Below are positions 11,601 through 20,771 of a stretch of 53,540 nucleotides of DNA, piece by piece. Made by a program: the position numbers and the translations under genes. The stretch is taken from positions 1 to 53,540 of the forward strand of contig JACRCW010000043.1 of NCBI GenBank assembly GCA_016218805.1, read 5' to 3'. Under the pieces are notes generated by a model that had not been told where the DNA came from, searched no databases, and saw only the letters and a program-made list of their open reading frames with translations. Position 1 is the first letter of the stretch, and every line of letters begins with the position of its first letter. This DNA is from Deltaproteobacteria bacterium. GTDB taxonomy: Bacteria; Myxococcota; JACRCW01.

Positions 11601-12036
11601 GCAGCCCGTTGTACGCCGCCGCCATGGCGGCCTTGGCCGTGGGCGGCGAGGTGCCAAACGTCACCGTCACCGCCTGGCCCGCGGTCAACGGAGTCACCTG
11701 CAGCGCGCTGAAGATGTTCAGCCGGACGCGCCCCCAGTTGGTGACCGCCTGGTCCTGCTGGTAGGTGTTGCCCCGCGCGTCGGCCACCGTGGGCGCCGCC
11801 CCCACCGGGTCCGACGCCACAATAACAATCAGCCGCTGGAACTGCGTGAGGTTGGCGGTGACCGGAATGGTCAGCGTGCGCTGCCCCGCGCTGTAGGACT
11901 GCGCTGAGAAGGGCCCAGCCTCCATGCGCACGTAGTTGTTCTGGGCGTGCGCAACGGCTGGCCAGCAAGCGGCGACAAGCGCAGCCGCTGCTGGCAGCAG
12001 GGCACGTGCACGGGGGGTGCGGTGACGCGTCAGCAT
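8620..12036 (-). CDS. Large secreted Thr/Gly/Ala-rich beta-strand protein with probable C-terminal beta-propeller, paralog of 16584-20198
   Basis: Signal peptide ending AHA-Q, 1138 aa, collinear conserved blocks shared with the paralog. The propeller is an inference. Confidence 0.8.
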   Translation of the reverse strand: MLTRHRTPRARALLPAAAALVAACWPAVAHAQNNYVRMEAGPFSAQSYSAGQRTLTIPVTANLTQFQRLIVIVASDPVGAAPTVADARGNTYQQDQAVTNWGRVRLNIFSALQVTPLTAGQAVTVTFGTSPPTAKAAMAAAYNGLLRNPTGVRDRRISNTANNAASISSGTTNNTNYNYELVLQVAALEGTATGVAFNPATTNPTPPAAGGSIATGNGTFASNVGIYFGWSQVTARAGYSSGFTMSPSRSAIATTVTYYGGPSQLVFTAPAGTPSYAASSTACRGPFTAELRNVYGFPVPATANTNVQFSSTSPADFLFTSTTCAGGGTATVTQTYTARTVTARSVYLRDTRRSAPTWTLTATRTLGNQNITAGPKDYIITPAAPANAYVLLPGQTFTEGAAPAGTPSLVLQNVDTAFDLRVTDAFNNQVIGAAGFTGTLPVTFTVTAGLTPRICTVPPCLAAGLTANVAMTDGATAANAVYFRYTGTGNNNRLRATVNVAPNPAGPSSALFNVVTQPTVTLVNSTVYGTKADGGVLLRMQGPGSGSVTQVTVSRPSNSWAWASGAQDSFTGTNPGCVVGAVSNTDVRFDCTPGLATGSTVVLRATNTGSVFPAVAAEAPGGSLSVSYKVGNGAPVLTSVSPLDLLLPLAAPLLPLVVRSAASTRPTFYWTDTSLNAGTPGVPLVPPRDSAGVLVTRGATGPVDTTTYTPPGAGGVTALCSSALQSCVEDASVTVADTAQSYAFNNFDAARIYSQPLTVAMPARPTGTGWFAARSTGSFTLAPPTIRRGTGTNPAIALVPMQNQSLFSIDATGVETQRAVPLSGNVQRRATLATLGTGATRVFLADNTSNGNIYRIDPAGVDAIITRALGRAAGSSVHVALASLLPAATEDFLLVGTNDLANSIRALDPLLAGELWSFALANNESVRADSYLDYTRGWALVPIASGGGGIVGFDVSAGAGTAVPNPPAAWAGNRRLLSGTLFACQPRKIADRYVVGANNAAAVYAIHPDTMASVSFTVEGPVKAVVPSGTNGVIYVTTNGRVGKLTLTATPLALARDTAFTVFQAASGVVGGVVTVNANSALYVSADGRLYRRNLLTGAAVSESVVDGSSLSEPAFDSWDGVLFVGSDSGTFWGLPYF

Positions 12037-12139
12037 GACGCTTCATTCCTACTGCATGCGTGCTGGCTTCGCCACAAGTGCCTGGGCAGGACCTACAGCG
12101 GCCCACCACGCAGCATGCTGAGCGTCATGCCCGGCGGCG

Positions 12140-15100
12140 TCAGGCGCGTTTCCGGCGGCGCACCCTGACCACCAACACGCCGAACAGCGCGGCCATCAGC
12201 ACGCCCGCGGGAGCGTCCCCGGAGGACGGGGAGGCTTCGCACCCACAGCCGCGCCCGCCCACTTCTTCGTCCTCTGGGGGCTGCGAGCCCGCGTCCGCGC
12301 CCGCCGCATCCCGCGCCCCGGCGTCCGCGTGTGCGGCGTCCGGGCGGATGGCCGCGTCCGTGACCAGCCCGCCGTCATCCAGGACGGCAGCATCACCCGC
12401 CGCCGCGTCGCCCGCCGCCGCGTCGCCCATCGCCGCGTCACCCATTGACGCGTCACTCATTGCCGCGTCACTCATTGCCGCGTCACTCATTGCCGCATCG
12501 GACACCGCCGCATCGGACACCGCCGCGTCGCCAGGTCCCGCGTCGGACGGGAGGCCGCCGTCACTGATGCCGCTGTCCGGCGCCCCGCCGTCCGCAGCAC
12601 CGGCGTCCCCGGTTGGGCCAGCATCCGCCGTGCCCGCGTCCGTGCCCGCATCCGCCAGGGACGCATCCAGTCCGGCGGCGTCCACCGACCCACCGTCCGC
12701 AGGCGCGCCCGCATCACCGCCATCCGCCGCGCCGCCATCCGCGCAGGCCGGGTTGGGCACGCGCAGACACACGTTGGCCACGCAGTCGTCCATCGTGCAC
12801 GCATCGCCGTCGTCGCACTGGGCGGCCGCGGTGCAGCAACCGGTAATCACAGCATCCGCTGGACAGGCGGCGGTCACGCCGTCGCAATAGTCCTCGCGGT
12901 CACAAGTGCCGGCGGCGGGACGGCAGACCAATGCCGAAGTCGCGACGGCGTCCACTGGACACTCCGCGGCGTTGCCGATGCAGTACTCGGACACGTCGCA
13001 ATCTCCGGCCGCCGGACGGCACTCCGTGCTGGCGGCCAGGAACGCGTCCACCGGGCAGTCAACGCCTGACCCGGTGCAGGACTCCGGCGTGTCGCACACG
13101 CCAGCCGCAGGACGGCATTCCGCCGACGCCGGTCGGAACGCATCTGTCGGGCAGTCGGCGCCGGCCCCGGTGCAGGATTCTGCGGTGTCACAAAGGCCTG
13201 CGGACGCACGGCATTCTGTCGACGACGGGAGGAACGCATCCGCCGGGCAGTTTGCTCCGGTGCCAGTGCACCCTTCTGCGGTGTCGCAGACGCCTGCGGA
13301 GGCGCGGCACTCGGTTGACGACGGGAGGAATGCATCCGCCGGGCAGTTCGCTCCGGTGCCCGTGCACGCTTCTGCGGTGTCGCAGACGCCTGCGGACGCA
13401 CGGCACTCAGTTGACGACGGGAGGAACGCATCCGCCGGGCAGTTCGCTCCGGTGCCACTGCACGCTTCCGCGGTGTCGCAGACGCCTGCGGACGCACGGC
13501 ACTCTGTTGACGACGGCAGGAACGCATCCGCCGGGCAGTTCGCTCCGGTGCCACTGCACGCTTCCGCGGTGTCGCAGACGCCTGCGGACGCACGGCACTC
13601 AGTTGACGACGGCAGGAACGCATCCGCCGGGCAGTTCGCTCCGGTGCCCGTGCAGGATTCCGCGGTGTCACAGACGCCCGCGGACGCGCGGCACTCAGCT
13701 GACGACGGCAGGAACGCATCCGCGGGGCAGGCGGTGCCCGTGCCGGTGCAGGATTCCGCCGCATCGCAGGCACCAGCCGACGCGCGACAGGTGGTGGACG
13801 ACGGAAGGAACGCATCCGCCGGACAGTTGGCGCCCGTGCCCGTGCAGGATTCCGCCGCATCGCAGACGTCAACCGACGCGCGGCACGTGGTGGACGCCGG
13901 GAGGAACACATCCGGCGGGCAGTTGGTGCCCGTGCCGGTGCAGGATTCCGCCGTGTCGCAGACGCCTGCGGAGGCACGGCACTCGGTTGACGCCGGGAGG
14001 AACGCATCCGCCGGGCAGGCGGCGCCGGTACCGGCGCAGGATTCTGCGGTGTCGCACGCGCCTGCCGAGGGACGGCACGTGGTGGTGCCCGGTAGGAACC
14101 CGTCCGCGGGACATGCCGCGCCGGTGCCAGTGCACATCTCCGCCTGGTCACACACGTCGCTGGCCGGACGGCAGGTCACCGCGGACGTGGCAAACCCATC
14201 CGCCGGACACGTCACGCCGCTGCCGCTACACACCTCTGCCAGGTCGCAGGGGCCCGCGGCCACACGGCAGACGGTGTTGACCGGAGCCACCCCGTCCGCC
14301 GGGCACGCGGGTGATGCGCCATCACAGCTTTCGCTGGCGTCGCACAGGTCCACCGCGCCACGGCATACCTGCCCCGCGGCGATCAGTTGATCCGCGGGAC
14401 AGGCTGGGCCGGTCCCGGTGCACAGTTCGTCCACGTCGCAGGCGCCTGCCGCCGAGCGGCACACGACACTGGAGCTCTGGAAGGCGTCAGCCGGGCACGC
14501 TGTGGTGGTGCCGTTGCATTGTTCGGCGGTGTCGCACGCACCGGCAGACGGCCGGCACGTGATGGTGGCCACCGCCGGGCTGCAGAACCCCTCAAGACCC
14601 ACGACGTTGCAGGCCTGGCAGTCAGTGGCGCTGCCGCCGCCGCACGTGGTGTTGCAGCACACCGCGTCCACACAGAACGCGCCGGGACCGCATTGGACAT
14701 CCGTGGTGCAGTCCGATCCCAGCGTGCGGGCCGCCAGGTAGTTCCACGTCTCACCGCTGACGCCCAGCGGCGCCACACCGGTGAAGCCCCCGAACAGCAC
14801 CATGCGCGTGGAAGGCGCATCCCAGGCCATGCCGCCCTGGAAGGTGGCCGGAGGCGGCGTGTTGGGTTGCAGCGTCTTGAGTTGCCAGGTGGTGCCATCC
14901 CATTCCCAGGTGTCCTGCAGCAGCCCGGTGAGCGTGGACTGGCCACCAAAAAGCACCGCCCTGGAACGCGCCAGGTCCGTGGCCAGGTGGTGGCCGGACC
15001 GCGCCCCGGGCCCCGTCACCGGCCCGGCGACCCAATCCGTGCCGTTCCACAGCCAGGTGTCGTCGTAGTCTGTGCCAAACCCGTCATTCCCGCCGTGCAT

Positions 15101-16312
15101 GATGATGTTGCCGGACACCGGGTCAAACGCCATGGCGTGCTGCATGCGCGGCGGCGGATTGGTGAGGGGGAACAACTGCACCCAGGCGGCGCCCGTCCAG
15201 CTCCACGTTTCGCCCGTGATGGCGTCACCGTCAAACAGGATCATCTCGCCGGACACGGGGTTGGCCGCCATGGCGCTGTTGCCGCGGGGGCTCGGGCCCG
15301 CCACGGGCAGCGGCGCCCACGTGACACCGTTCCACGCCCACGTGTCCGCCAGGGGCATGCCGGCGGCATCCGTCCCGCCAAAGAGCACCACGCGCTGGAA
15401 AGCGCCCCGCCCGTCATACGCAGCGGCGGCGGCCGAACGCACCGGAGGAGAGACACCCGGCGCCAGCGGGACCCACGTGGTCCCGTTCCAGCGCCACGTG
15501 TCGTTGGTGGGCGTGACCGTGTCCGTGCCACCAAACACCACTGTGCTGGACCGGGCCGCGTCAAAGACCACCGTGGGCGCCATGCGCGCGCCCGGTGCCG
15601 CCGCGGGGAACCGCTGCAGCCACTGCACGCGCTCAACAATGGGATCCAGCAGCACGGGGAACACCGCGTCCCGCGTGTCCACGGACATCACCAACACGTC
15701 CGCCACCAGGCGGCTGTGAACCGCAACACGTTTCCCCGCGGCATCCACGGCCACGGGCGCTGACACGCGCCAGCGCGGCACGCCGTCCGCCGCGGAGATC
15801 ACCACCGCGCCGTCCGGATTCAGCACGGGCTCCGCCAGGCCCTCACCGCCCAGCCGCCAGGAGATTTCCCGGGGCGCGGCGGGAGAGCGCAGCAGGTACA
15901 ACCATTCAGCAAAGGTCCCGTCGGAGAGGACTGCGGCGTCCGTGTCCGCGTAGACGCCCGCGTAGTGCGCGCGGGGGCCAACGGCGCTGGCCTGTGCCGT
16001 TTCGGCGTTCACGTGCTGCACGTGCAAAGCCTGGGAATCCGCAGCGCCTGAGCCCACGGTGAACATGCCGCCCGCGTGTGTGGGCAGGTTGACCACCATT
16101 GGGCCGGCCAACCCGCGGATCTGGAGGGTCTCGCCCACGGATGAGATCTCGCCCGTGGCGCCGGCGCGCCAGCGCGCCAGCAGCGCCGGATCCCCGGCGG
16201 AGAGCGCTTCAAACCGGGCCAGTGGTGTGTCCGCCCCCGGGTTTCCCATGCATCCCAGCGTCGTCGCCAGCCACGCCGCCCCCAACGACATCCAACGCGC
16301 CGTACTCCCCAT
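12140..16312 (-). CDS. Surface protein with kelch-like repeats, 18 disintegrin-like Cys repeats, a DA-rich linker and a MYXO-CTERM-like anchor
   Basis: Start MGSTARW...TLGC. Repeated VLFGG...DTW.W.G..W, then CRxxAGxCDxAExCxGxxxxCPxD units, then C-terminal GCGC + hydrophobic helix + RRRKR. Confidence 0.87.
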   Translation of the reverse strand: MGSTARWMSLGAAWLATTLGCMGNPGADTPLARFEALSAGDPALLARWRAGATGEISSVGETLQIRGLAGPMVVNLPTHAGGMFTVGSGAADSQALHVQHVNAETAQASAVGPRAHYAGVYADTDAAVLSDGTFAEWLYLLRSPAAPREISWRLGGEGLAEPVLNPDGAVVISAADGVPRWRVSAPVAVDAAGKRVAVHSRLVADVLVMSVDTRDAVFPVLLDPIVERVQWLQRFPAAAPGARMAPTVVFDAARSSTVVFGGTDTVTPTNDTWRWNGTTWVPLAPGVSPPVRSAAAAAYDGRGAFQRVVLFGGTDAAGMPLADTWAWNGVTWAPLPVAGPSPRGNSAMAANPVSGEMILFDGDAITGETWSWTGAAWVQLFPLTNPPPRMQHAMAFDPVSGNIIMHGGNDGFGTDYDDTWLWNGTDWVAGPVTGPGARSGHHLATDLARSRAVLFGGQSTLTGLLQDTWEWDGTTWQLKTLQPNTPPPATFQGGMAWDAPSTRMVLFGGFTGVAPLGVSGETWNYLAARTLGSDCTTDVQCGPGAFCVDAVCCNTTCGGGSATDCQACNVVGLEGFCSPAVATITCRPSAGACDTAEQCNGTTTACPADAFQSSSVVCRSAAGACDVDELCTGTGPACPADQLIAAGQVCRGAVDLCDASESCDGASPACPADGVAPVNTVCRVAAGPCDLAEVCSGSGVTCPADGFATSAVTCRPASDVCDQAEMCTGTGAACPADGFLPGTTTCRPSAGACDTAESCAGTGAACPADAFLPASTECRASAGVCDTAESCTGTGTNCPPDVFLPASTTCRASVDVCDAAESCTGTGANCPADAFLPSSTTCRASAGACDAAESCTGTGTACPADAFLPSSAECRASAGVCDTAESCTGTGANCPADAFLPSSTECRASAGVCDTAEACSGTGANCPADAFLPSSTECRASAGVCDTAEACSGTGANCPADAFLPSSTECRASAGVCDTAEACTGTGANCPADAFLPSSTECRASAGVCDTAEGCTGTGANCPADAFLPSSTECRASAGLCDTAESCTGAGADCPTDAFRPASAECRPAAGVCDTPESCTGSGVDCPVDAFLAASTECRPAAGDCDVSEYCIGNAAECPVDAVATSALVCRPAAGTCDREDYCDGVTAACPADAVITGCCTAAAQCDDGDACTMDDCVANVCLRVPNPACADGGAADGGDAGAPADGGSVDAAGLDASLADAGTDAGTADAGPTGDAGAADGGAPDSGISDGGLPSDAGPGDAAVSDAAVSDAAMSDAAMSDAAMSDASMGDAAMGDAAAGDAAAGDAAVLDDGGLVTDAAIRPDAAHADAGARDAAGADAGSQPPEDEEVGGRGCGCEASPSSGDAPAGVLMAALFGVLVVRVRRRKRA
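12850..14560 (-). repeat. 96-bp (32-aa) intragenic tandem repeat, about 18 units
   Basis: Units counted in the translation; central units are near-identical (CRASAGVCDTAEACSGTGANCPADAFLPSSTE). Boundaries approximate. Confidence 0.9.
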
Positions 16313-16583
16313 GGCAAGCCTCCCTTTCCGCGGAATGGTGGGTGAGCCGTGAAGCACGGCAGTGTTCACTGTTTCCACGGTTCCCCCTATCGGCCCGGAA
16401 CATGTGCTTCCGAAAGACCGTGCCCCCCCATACCCCAGCGCGGATTGTGTCGAAAGGGTTACCGCGGTTGAACGGCTGGCGGTCGGGGAGTAACCGTTCT
16501 GGGTCTCGGGTGGTGTTTGCGGTTTAGGGCGGGTGATCACGGGGCGGCGTCCGCCCCCGGTACTCTGGAAGCGAGGGCATGCC

Positions 16584-19500
16584 ATGAAGCGACTCGGAAC
16601 GGCGTTTTCCGGGATGGTGTTGGCGGGTGGGTTGTTGGTGGGGGCCCCGGCGTGGGCGCAGGTGGTTGTGATGGGCGCAGGTGGTGGCTCCGGAATTGAC
16701 AACCTGGGCGGGACCACCGCCACCTTCCCCACCGCGGGCACGTTTGTCGTCGGCAACCGCCTGGTCGCCGTGGTGGCGTTCGCCGACGCCTTCGCGACCG
16801 GGAATCTGGGGGGTGCCCCCACACTGGCGGATGACACGGGTGCCAACGCGTATGCGATTGACCGCGACGAGAGCGACGGCGCAACGATGCGCACGGTGGT
16901 GTTCTCCGGTCTGATCACCAACGCCGCCATCGGCAACCTCATTGTCACCATGACCGGCACACCGCCCACCGGCGTCGGGGCGTCCTTCCAGGACTTCTCC
17001 GGGACCGTGCCCTCCACAACTCTGGCGCACTACGTGGACAACGTCTCTTCGCTGTCCGCCAACAGCGCAGCGTTGGAAGCCGTTGCGGTGGCGCCCTTCA
17101 CCACGTCCATTGCAAACACCCTGGTGGTTGCCGGTTACGGGGATGACGGCGTCTTCAACATCAACACGACCGCGTTCAGCGCCCAGCCCCCCGGCGCGGG
17201 GACCTTTGTGCCCACACAGAACTGGCTGGACTTCAGCGCGCCCGAAACGGCGATGTTCCATGAGATCCGCACGACGACTGCGTCCTACAATTCCGTTGAC
17301 CCCACCGCGAGCGGCGCGGCGAACTACAACGGCGTGCTCGTGGCGTACCGCGGCGGGCCCGACCACCTGTCGCTCGCCAGTGGCCCCTCGACCTTGACGG
17401 CGCAGAAGAACGTTGACTGCGCCGCCGCCCCGCCTGCCCCCTTTGTGGTGCAACTGCGCAACGTCAACGGCCTGGTCCCGGCCATCAGCAACTTCACCCT
17501 GCGGGTCACCTCCTCGAGCACCACCTCCAAAGTCAGGATCGTCGCGTCGGGAAGCACGCCGGCCACGTCCTGCCCCCTGGACACCGCCAGCAACGTTGGG
17601 ACGTACACCGCCCTGCTCACCTCTGCGGAGACCTCGTTTGACGTGTACGTGACTGACGCCAAGCGGAACGCCACCGCCATCACGCTCACGGTGGACGCCC
17701 CCACATCAGGGTTTGCGCCCAATGACCATCCCTACCCGCTGACCAACGCGGTGACGTCTTACACGGTCACCGCAGGCGCGCACGCCGCGTACTGCATTGC
17801 GTTTCCCAACCAGACGTACACAGAGGGCCCTGCCAACTGCTTGGGCAGCCAGAACATGGGCAGCCGGGGCATCATCGCGGCGCGGTGCCTCATCAGCACC
17901 ACGCCCACGTCCCCGCAGACGGCCGGCACTCCGTTCAACCTCAATGGCATCATTGCCATTGACAAGTATTGCAACACGGCGTCCGTCAACGGCTCCATCG
18001 CGTTCACCTGGGCCGGACTGAATCCCAACACGGGTGACAGTTCGCAGCCCACGTATGCCACGCCGGTGAGTTTCACCAACGGAGTTGGAACCGGCACCAT
18101 GGCGCTCACTGCGGTGACGTCGCAAAGCAACGCGTTCCTCACGTTCCAGGATTCCTCCGCGCGGGTGGGCGGGAGCTTCACTGCCGTGGGCGCTGCGCAC
18201 CGCTTCAACGTGTCGTTCCCGCCCAACACCAGCACAGCGGCCTTTTCAAACCCCAACACCGCCACCGCCACACGCACTGGCTACGCGGCCCACGCGCCCG
18301 GCGAAGTGGAGGCGCGCATCACCAACGGCACGGGCGGCTCCATCCGCTCCGTGACCATCACCAACCCCGGTTCGCCGTGGGTGTTCACCAGCGGCACGGT
18401 GTTCAACGGGACAACGGATGTGTCCGCCAGCTGGGTACGCACCGTCACCGCCACCTCGGTCAAGTTTGACGCGGGCCTGGGCGTCTTCGCCAACGGCGCC
18501 ACCCTGAAGTTCCGCGCCAACAACGGCGGCGCCTACCCCAACATTGGCGTGGATACTCCGTACACCATGCAGGTGGGTTACACGGGCTTCCAGAGCAACA
18601 CCAACGCCATCCCGTCGGCGCCGGCGAACCAGTTCACCGTTGTGGTGCCGCCCGCAGTGCTGCAGCTGCCGGTTGCCATCCGGTCCGCGGCGGCGGCGGG
18701 CTCCGTCCTCATCTGGACCAACACGGATCTCACCAAGCACGCGGGCGTGCTGGTGACGCGCGGTGGGACCACCGCTCCCGCGGACCTGACTGCCTACACC
18801 GTCGGCCAGGACCTGGGTGGCGGAACCATTGCCGCGTGCGTGGTGACCGCAGCCGGAACGCAGACCTGCACGGACAGCGCGCTGGGTGACGCCACCACGG
18901 CCACCTACCGCGTCTACAACGTGGACACTTCCAACGGGTATTCCAACGCCGTGACCGTGGACGTCCCCGCGCGGCCGGCCTCCGGGTTTGTCTACAAGCA
19001 CACGGGCCTGGGGCTGGGGAACGGCAGCGCGGACCAGCGCGTCAATGAGACCAGCGGGAGCACCATGCCTGGCACCGGCGCGTACGCCACCTTCACCGCG
19101 GCCAACCGGGGCATCTACTTCGTCAACGCGTCCGGCACCGAAAAGCGGCGGCCGACCCTGTTGAATGACTTCGCGCAGCGCCGCCCGCTGGCCATGAAGC
19201 TCAACGACGGCACGACCCACCGCGTGTACGCGGGTGACATGACGCAGACGGCGTACCTGTTGGACCCCACCACCGACTCCACGCCCGCCACGGCCAACGT
19301 GGGCGCCACCGGCGGCACGCCGCAGGTGCTGGGCGGTCCGGCCGCCGTGACGCGCACCCAGTTCACCGGTCTGAACGCGTCCTTGAACAACGAGGCCATC
19401 TTCATGGCCACCACGGCGGCCACCACCAACAACGCGGTGCGCGCATTCCGGTCTGACCTCACCACCGGGTGGACCAAGTTCATTGGCACCGACGGCATCA

Positions 19501-20198
19501 CCAGCGAGATGTTCACCTTCACCAACGCGGCCGGCCCGCTGGGCGTGCTGCTGGCCCCGGTGGGCACGGCCGGGGGCGGCGTCTACGGAATCGACTTGGC
19601 GACGTACACCGGCGCCGGCGACAGCCAGCCGGCCGGCTGGGGCGCGGGTGGCGGGAACGCCAAGAAGCTGGCGGGCAGCGTGTTCCGCGCGCAATGCCGC
19701 CGCCCGGGTGGCACCGCGAGCTACGTGTTCTGCGGCACCACGGCAGGCAACATCGTAGCGCTGCGCATCAGTGACGGCGTGCAGCTTGCCAGCACCACGG
19801 TTCCCTCCGGGTTGTCCATTCTCCACCTGGTGCCCGTCACCAGCACCACGTATGGGCTGGGCCTGGCGTACGTCACCCGTTCGCCGTCAGCCGGCACGCC
19901 CGCGCACGTGGGACGGCTCACATTCAACGGAACCACCACGTTCACCAGCGTGTTTGATGTCACCGTTCCCGGCGTGGAGGTCCTGTCCGGCGCACTGACG
20001 CTGGAAACGCTGGGCCAGCTGTTTGTGGCCGGCAACGGGTCCATCATCCGCATGAGCCTGCTCAACGGCACCGGCCAGGTCACCACGGCACTGGATGGTT
20101 CGGACGTGAGCGACCCGTTCTACGACAACGCCAGCGATACCGTGTTCATCCAGACCGACAACGGTTCCTTCTGGGCGCGCCCGCGCTCGAGCCTGTGA
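16584..20198 (+). CDS. Large secreted beta-rich protein, paralog of 8620-12036
   Basis: MKRLG...APAWA-Q signal peptide, about 1200 aa, shared blocks such as AGVLVTRG, PARP and DGS..S.P. Confidence 0.82.
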   Translation: MKRLGTAFSGMVLAGGLLVGAPAWAQVVVMGAGGGSGIDNLGGTTATFPTAGTFVVGNRLVAVVAFADAFATGNLGGAPTLADDTGANAYAIDRDESDGATMRTVVFSGLITNAAIGNLIVTMTGTPPTGVGASFQDFSGTVPSTTLAHYVDNVSSLSANSAALEAVAVAPFTTSIANTLVVAGYGDDGVFNINTTAFSAQPPGAGTFVPTQNWLDFSAPETAMFHEIRTTTASYNSVDPTASGAANYNGVLVAYRGGPDHLSLASGPSTLTAQKNVDCAAAPPAPFVVQLRNVNGLVPAISNFTLRVTSSSTTSKVRIVASGSTPATSCPLDTASNVGTYTALLTSAETSFDVYVTDAKRNATAITLTVDAPTSGFAPNDHPYPLTNAVTSYTVTAGAHAAYCIAFPNQTYTEGPANCLGSQNMGSRGIIAARCLISTTPTSPQTAGTPFNLNGIIAIDKYCNTASVNGSIAFTWAGLNPNTGDSSQPTYATPVSFTNGVGTGTMALTAVTSQSNAFLTFQDSSARVGGSFTAVGAAHRFNVSFPPNTSTAAFSNPNTATATRTGYAAHAPGEVEARITNGTGGSIRSVTITNPGSPWVFTSGTVFNGTTDVSASWVRTVTATSVKFDAGLGVFANGATLKFRANNGGAYPNIGVDTPYTMQVGYTGFQSNTNAIPSAPANQFTVVVPPAVLQLPVAIRSAAAAGSVLIWTNTDLTKHAGVLVTRGGTTAPADLTAYTVGQDLGGGTIAACVVTAAGTQTCTDSALGDATTATYRVYNVDTSNGYSNAVTVDVPARPASGFVYKHTGLGLGNGSADQRVNETSGSTMPGTGAYATFTAANRGIYFVNASGTEKRRPTLLNDFAQRRPLAMKLNDGTTHRVYAGDMTQTAYLLDPTTDSTPATANVGATGGTPQVLGGPAAVTRTQFTGLNASLNNEAIFMATTAATTNNAVRAFRSDLTTGWTKFIGTDGITSEMFTFTNAAGPLGVLLAPVGTAGGGVYGIDLATYTGAGDSQPAGWGAGGGNAKKLAGSVFRAQCRRPGGTASYVFCGTTAGNIVALRISDGVQLASTTVPSGLSILHLVPVTSTTYGLGLAYVTRSPSAGTPAHVGRLTFNGTTTFTSVFDVTVPGVEVLSGALTLETLGQLFVAGNGSIIRMSLLNGTGQVTTALDGSDVSDPFYDNASDTVFIQTDNGSFWARPRSSL

Positions 20199-20208
20199 GG
20201 TGCATTCC

Positions 20209-20643
20209 ATGACGACGCGCGTGCTTGCCTTCAACCTGTGCCTGTGGACGGTGCTCTCCGCCTGCGACCGGCCCGGCGACTTCTCCGGCCTGCCGCAGGG
20301 GAGCCCGCAGGGCCCGGCCGTGGTCCACGTCAGTGACGCTGACCAGGACGGCCCCATCACCACCGAATCCGCGGCGGCCTCCGTGGACATCAACTACCCG
20401 GCGCAGGGGCCGGGGGATTCGCTGGTGGTGGAGGTGCTGACGCCGCGGGGCAAGGTGTACCTGACCGACCGCTACCCGTTGCCCCCCTCAGGCACCGTGT
20501 CCATCCGCATCCCGGTGCTGGGGACCGTCATCCAGAACTACCGCATGACCGGGACGTGGACCGTGCGCGCCTACTACAACCATGAGCAGGCGCCTTCGGT
20601 GTTTCAGCAGTTTGACGTGCTCCCCGCCCCTGAGCCGCGCTGA
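20209..20643 (+). CDS. Small lipoprotein of unknown function, paralog of 8173-8607
   Basis: VLSAC lipobox; VEVLTPRGKVY...GTVIQNYRMTGTWTVRAYYN. Confidence 0.8.
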   Translation: MTTRVLAFNLCLWTVLSACDRPGDFSGLPQGSPQGPAVVHVSDADQDGPITTESAAASVDINYPAQGPGDSLVVEVLTPRGKVYLTDRYPLPPSGTVSIRIPVLGTVIQNYRMTGTWTVRAYYNHEQAPSVFQQFDVLPAPEPR

Positions 20644-20771
20644 TTTCCCGGGGCGCCCACCCACCGCCCACCCGTGCCGTTCCGGGTTTGCCACCTGAGG
20701 TTCCGGGTTTCGGCTTGGCCGCCTGGCGCCCCGGCCGGCCGGCTCCGTGAGCACTTCCAACGGCCCCCGTT

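Noticed and set aside
16313..17017. 235-aa N-terminal extension of the 1625-aa ORF
   Set aside because: It overlaps the divergent gene antisense, and a signal peptide begins at 16312.
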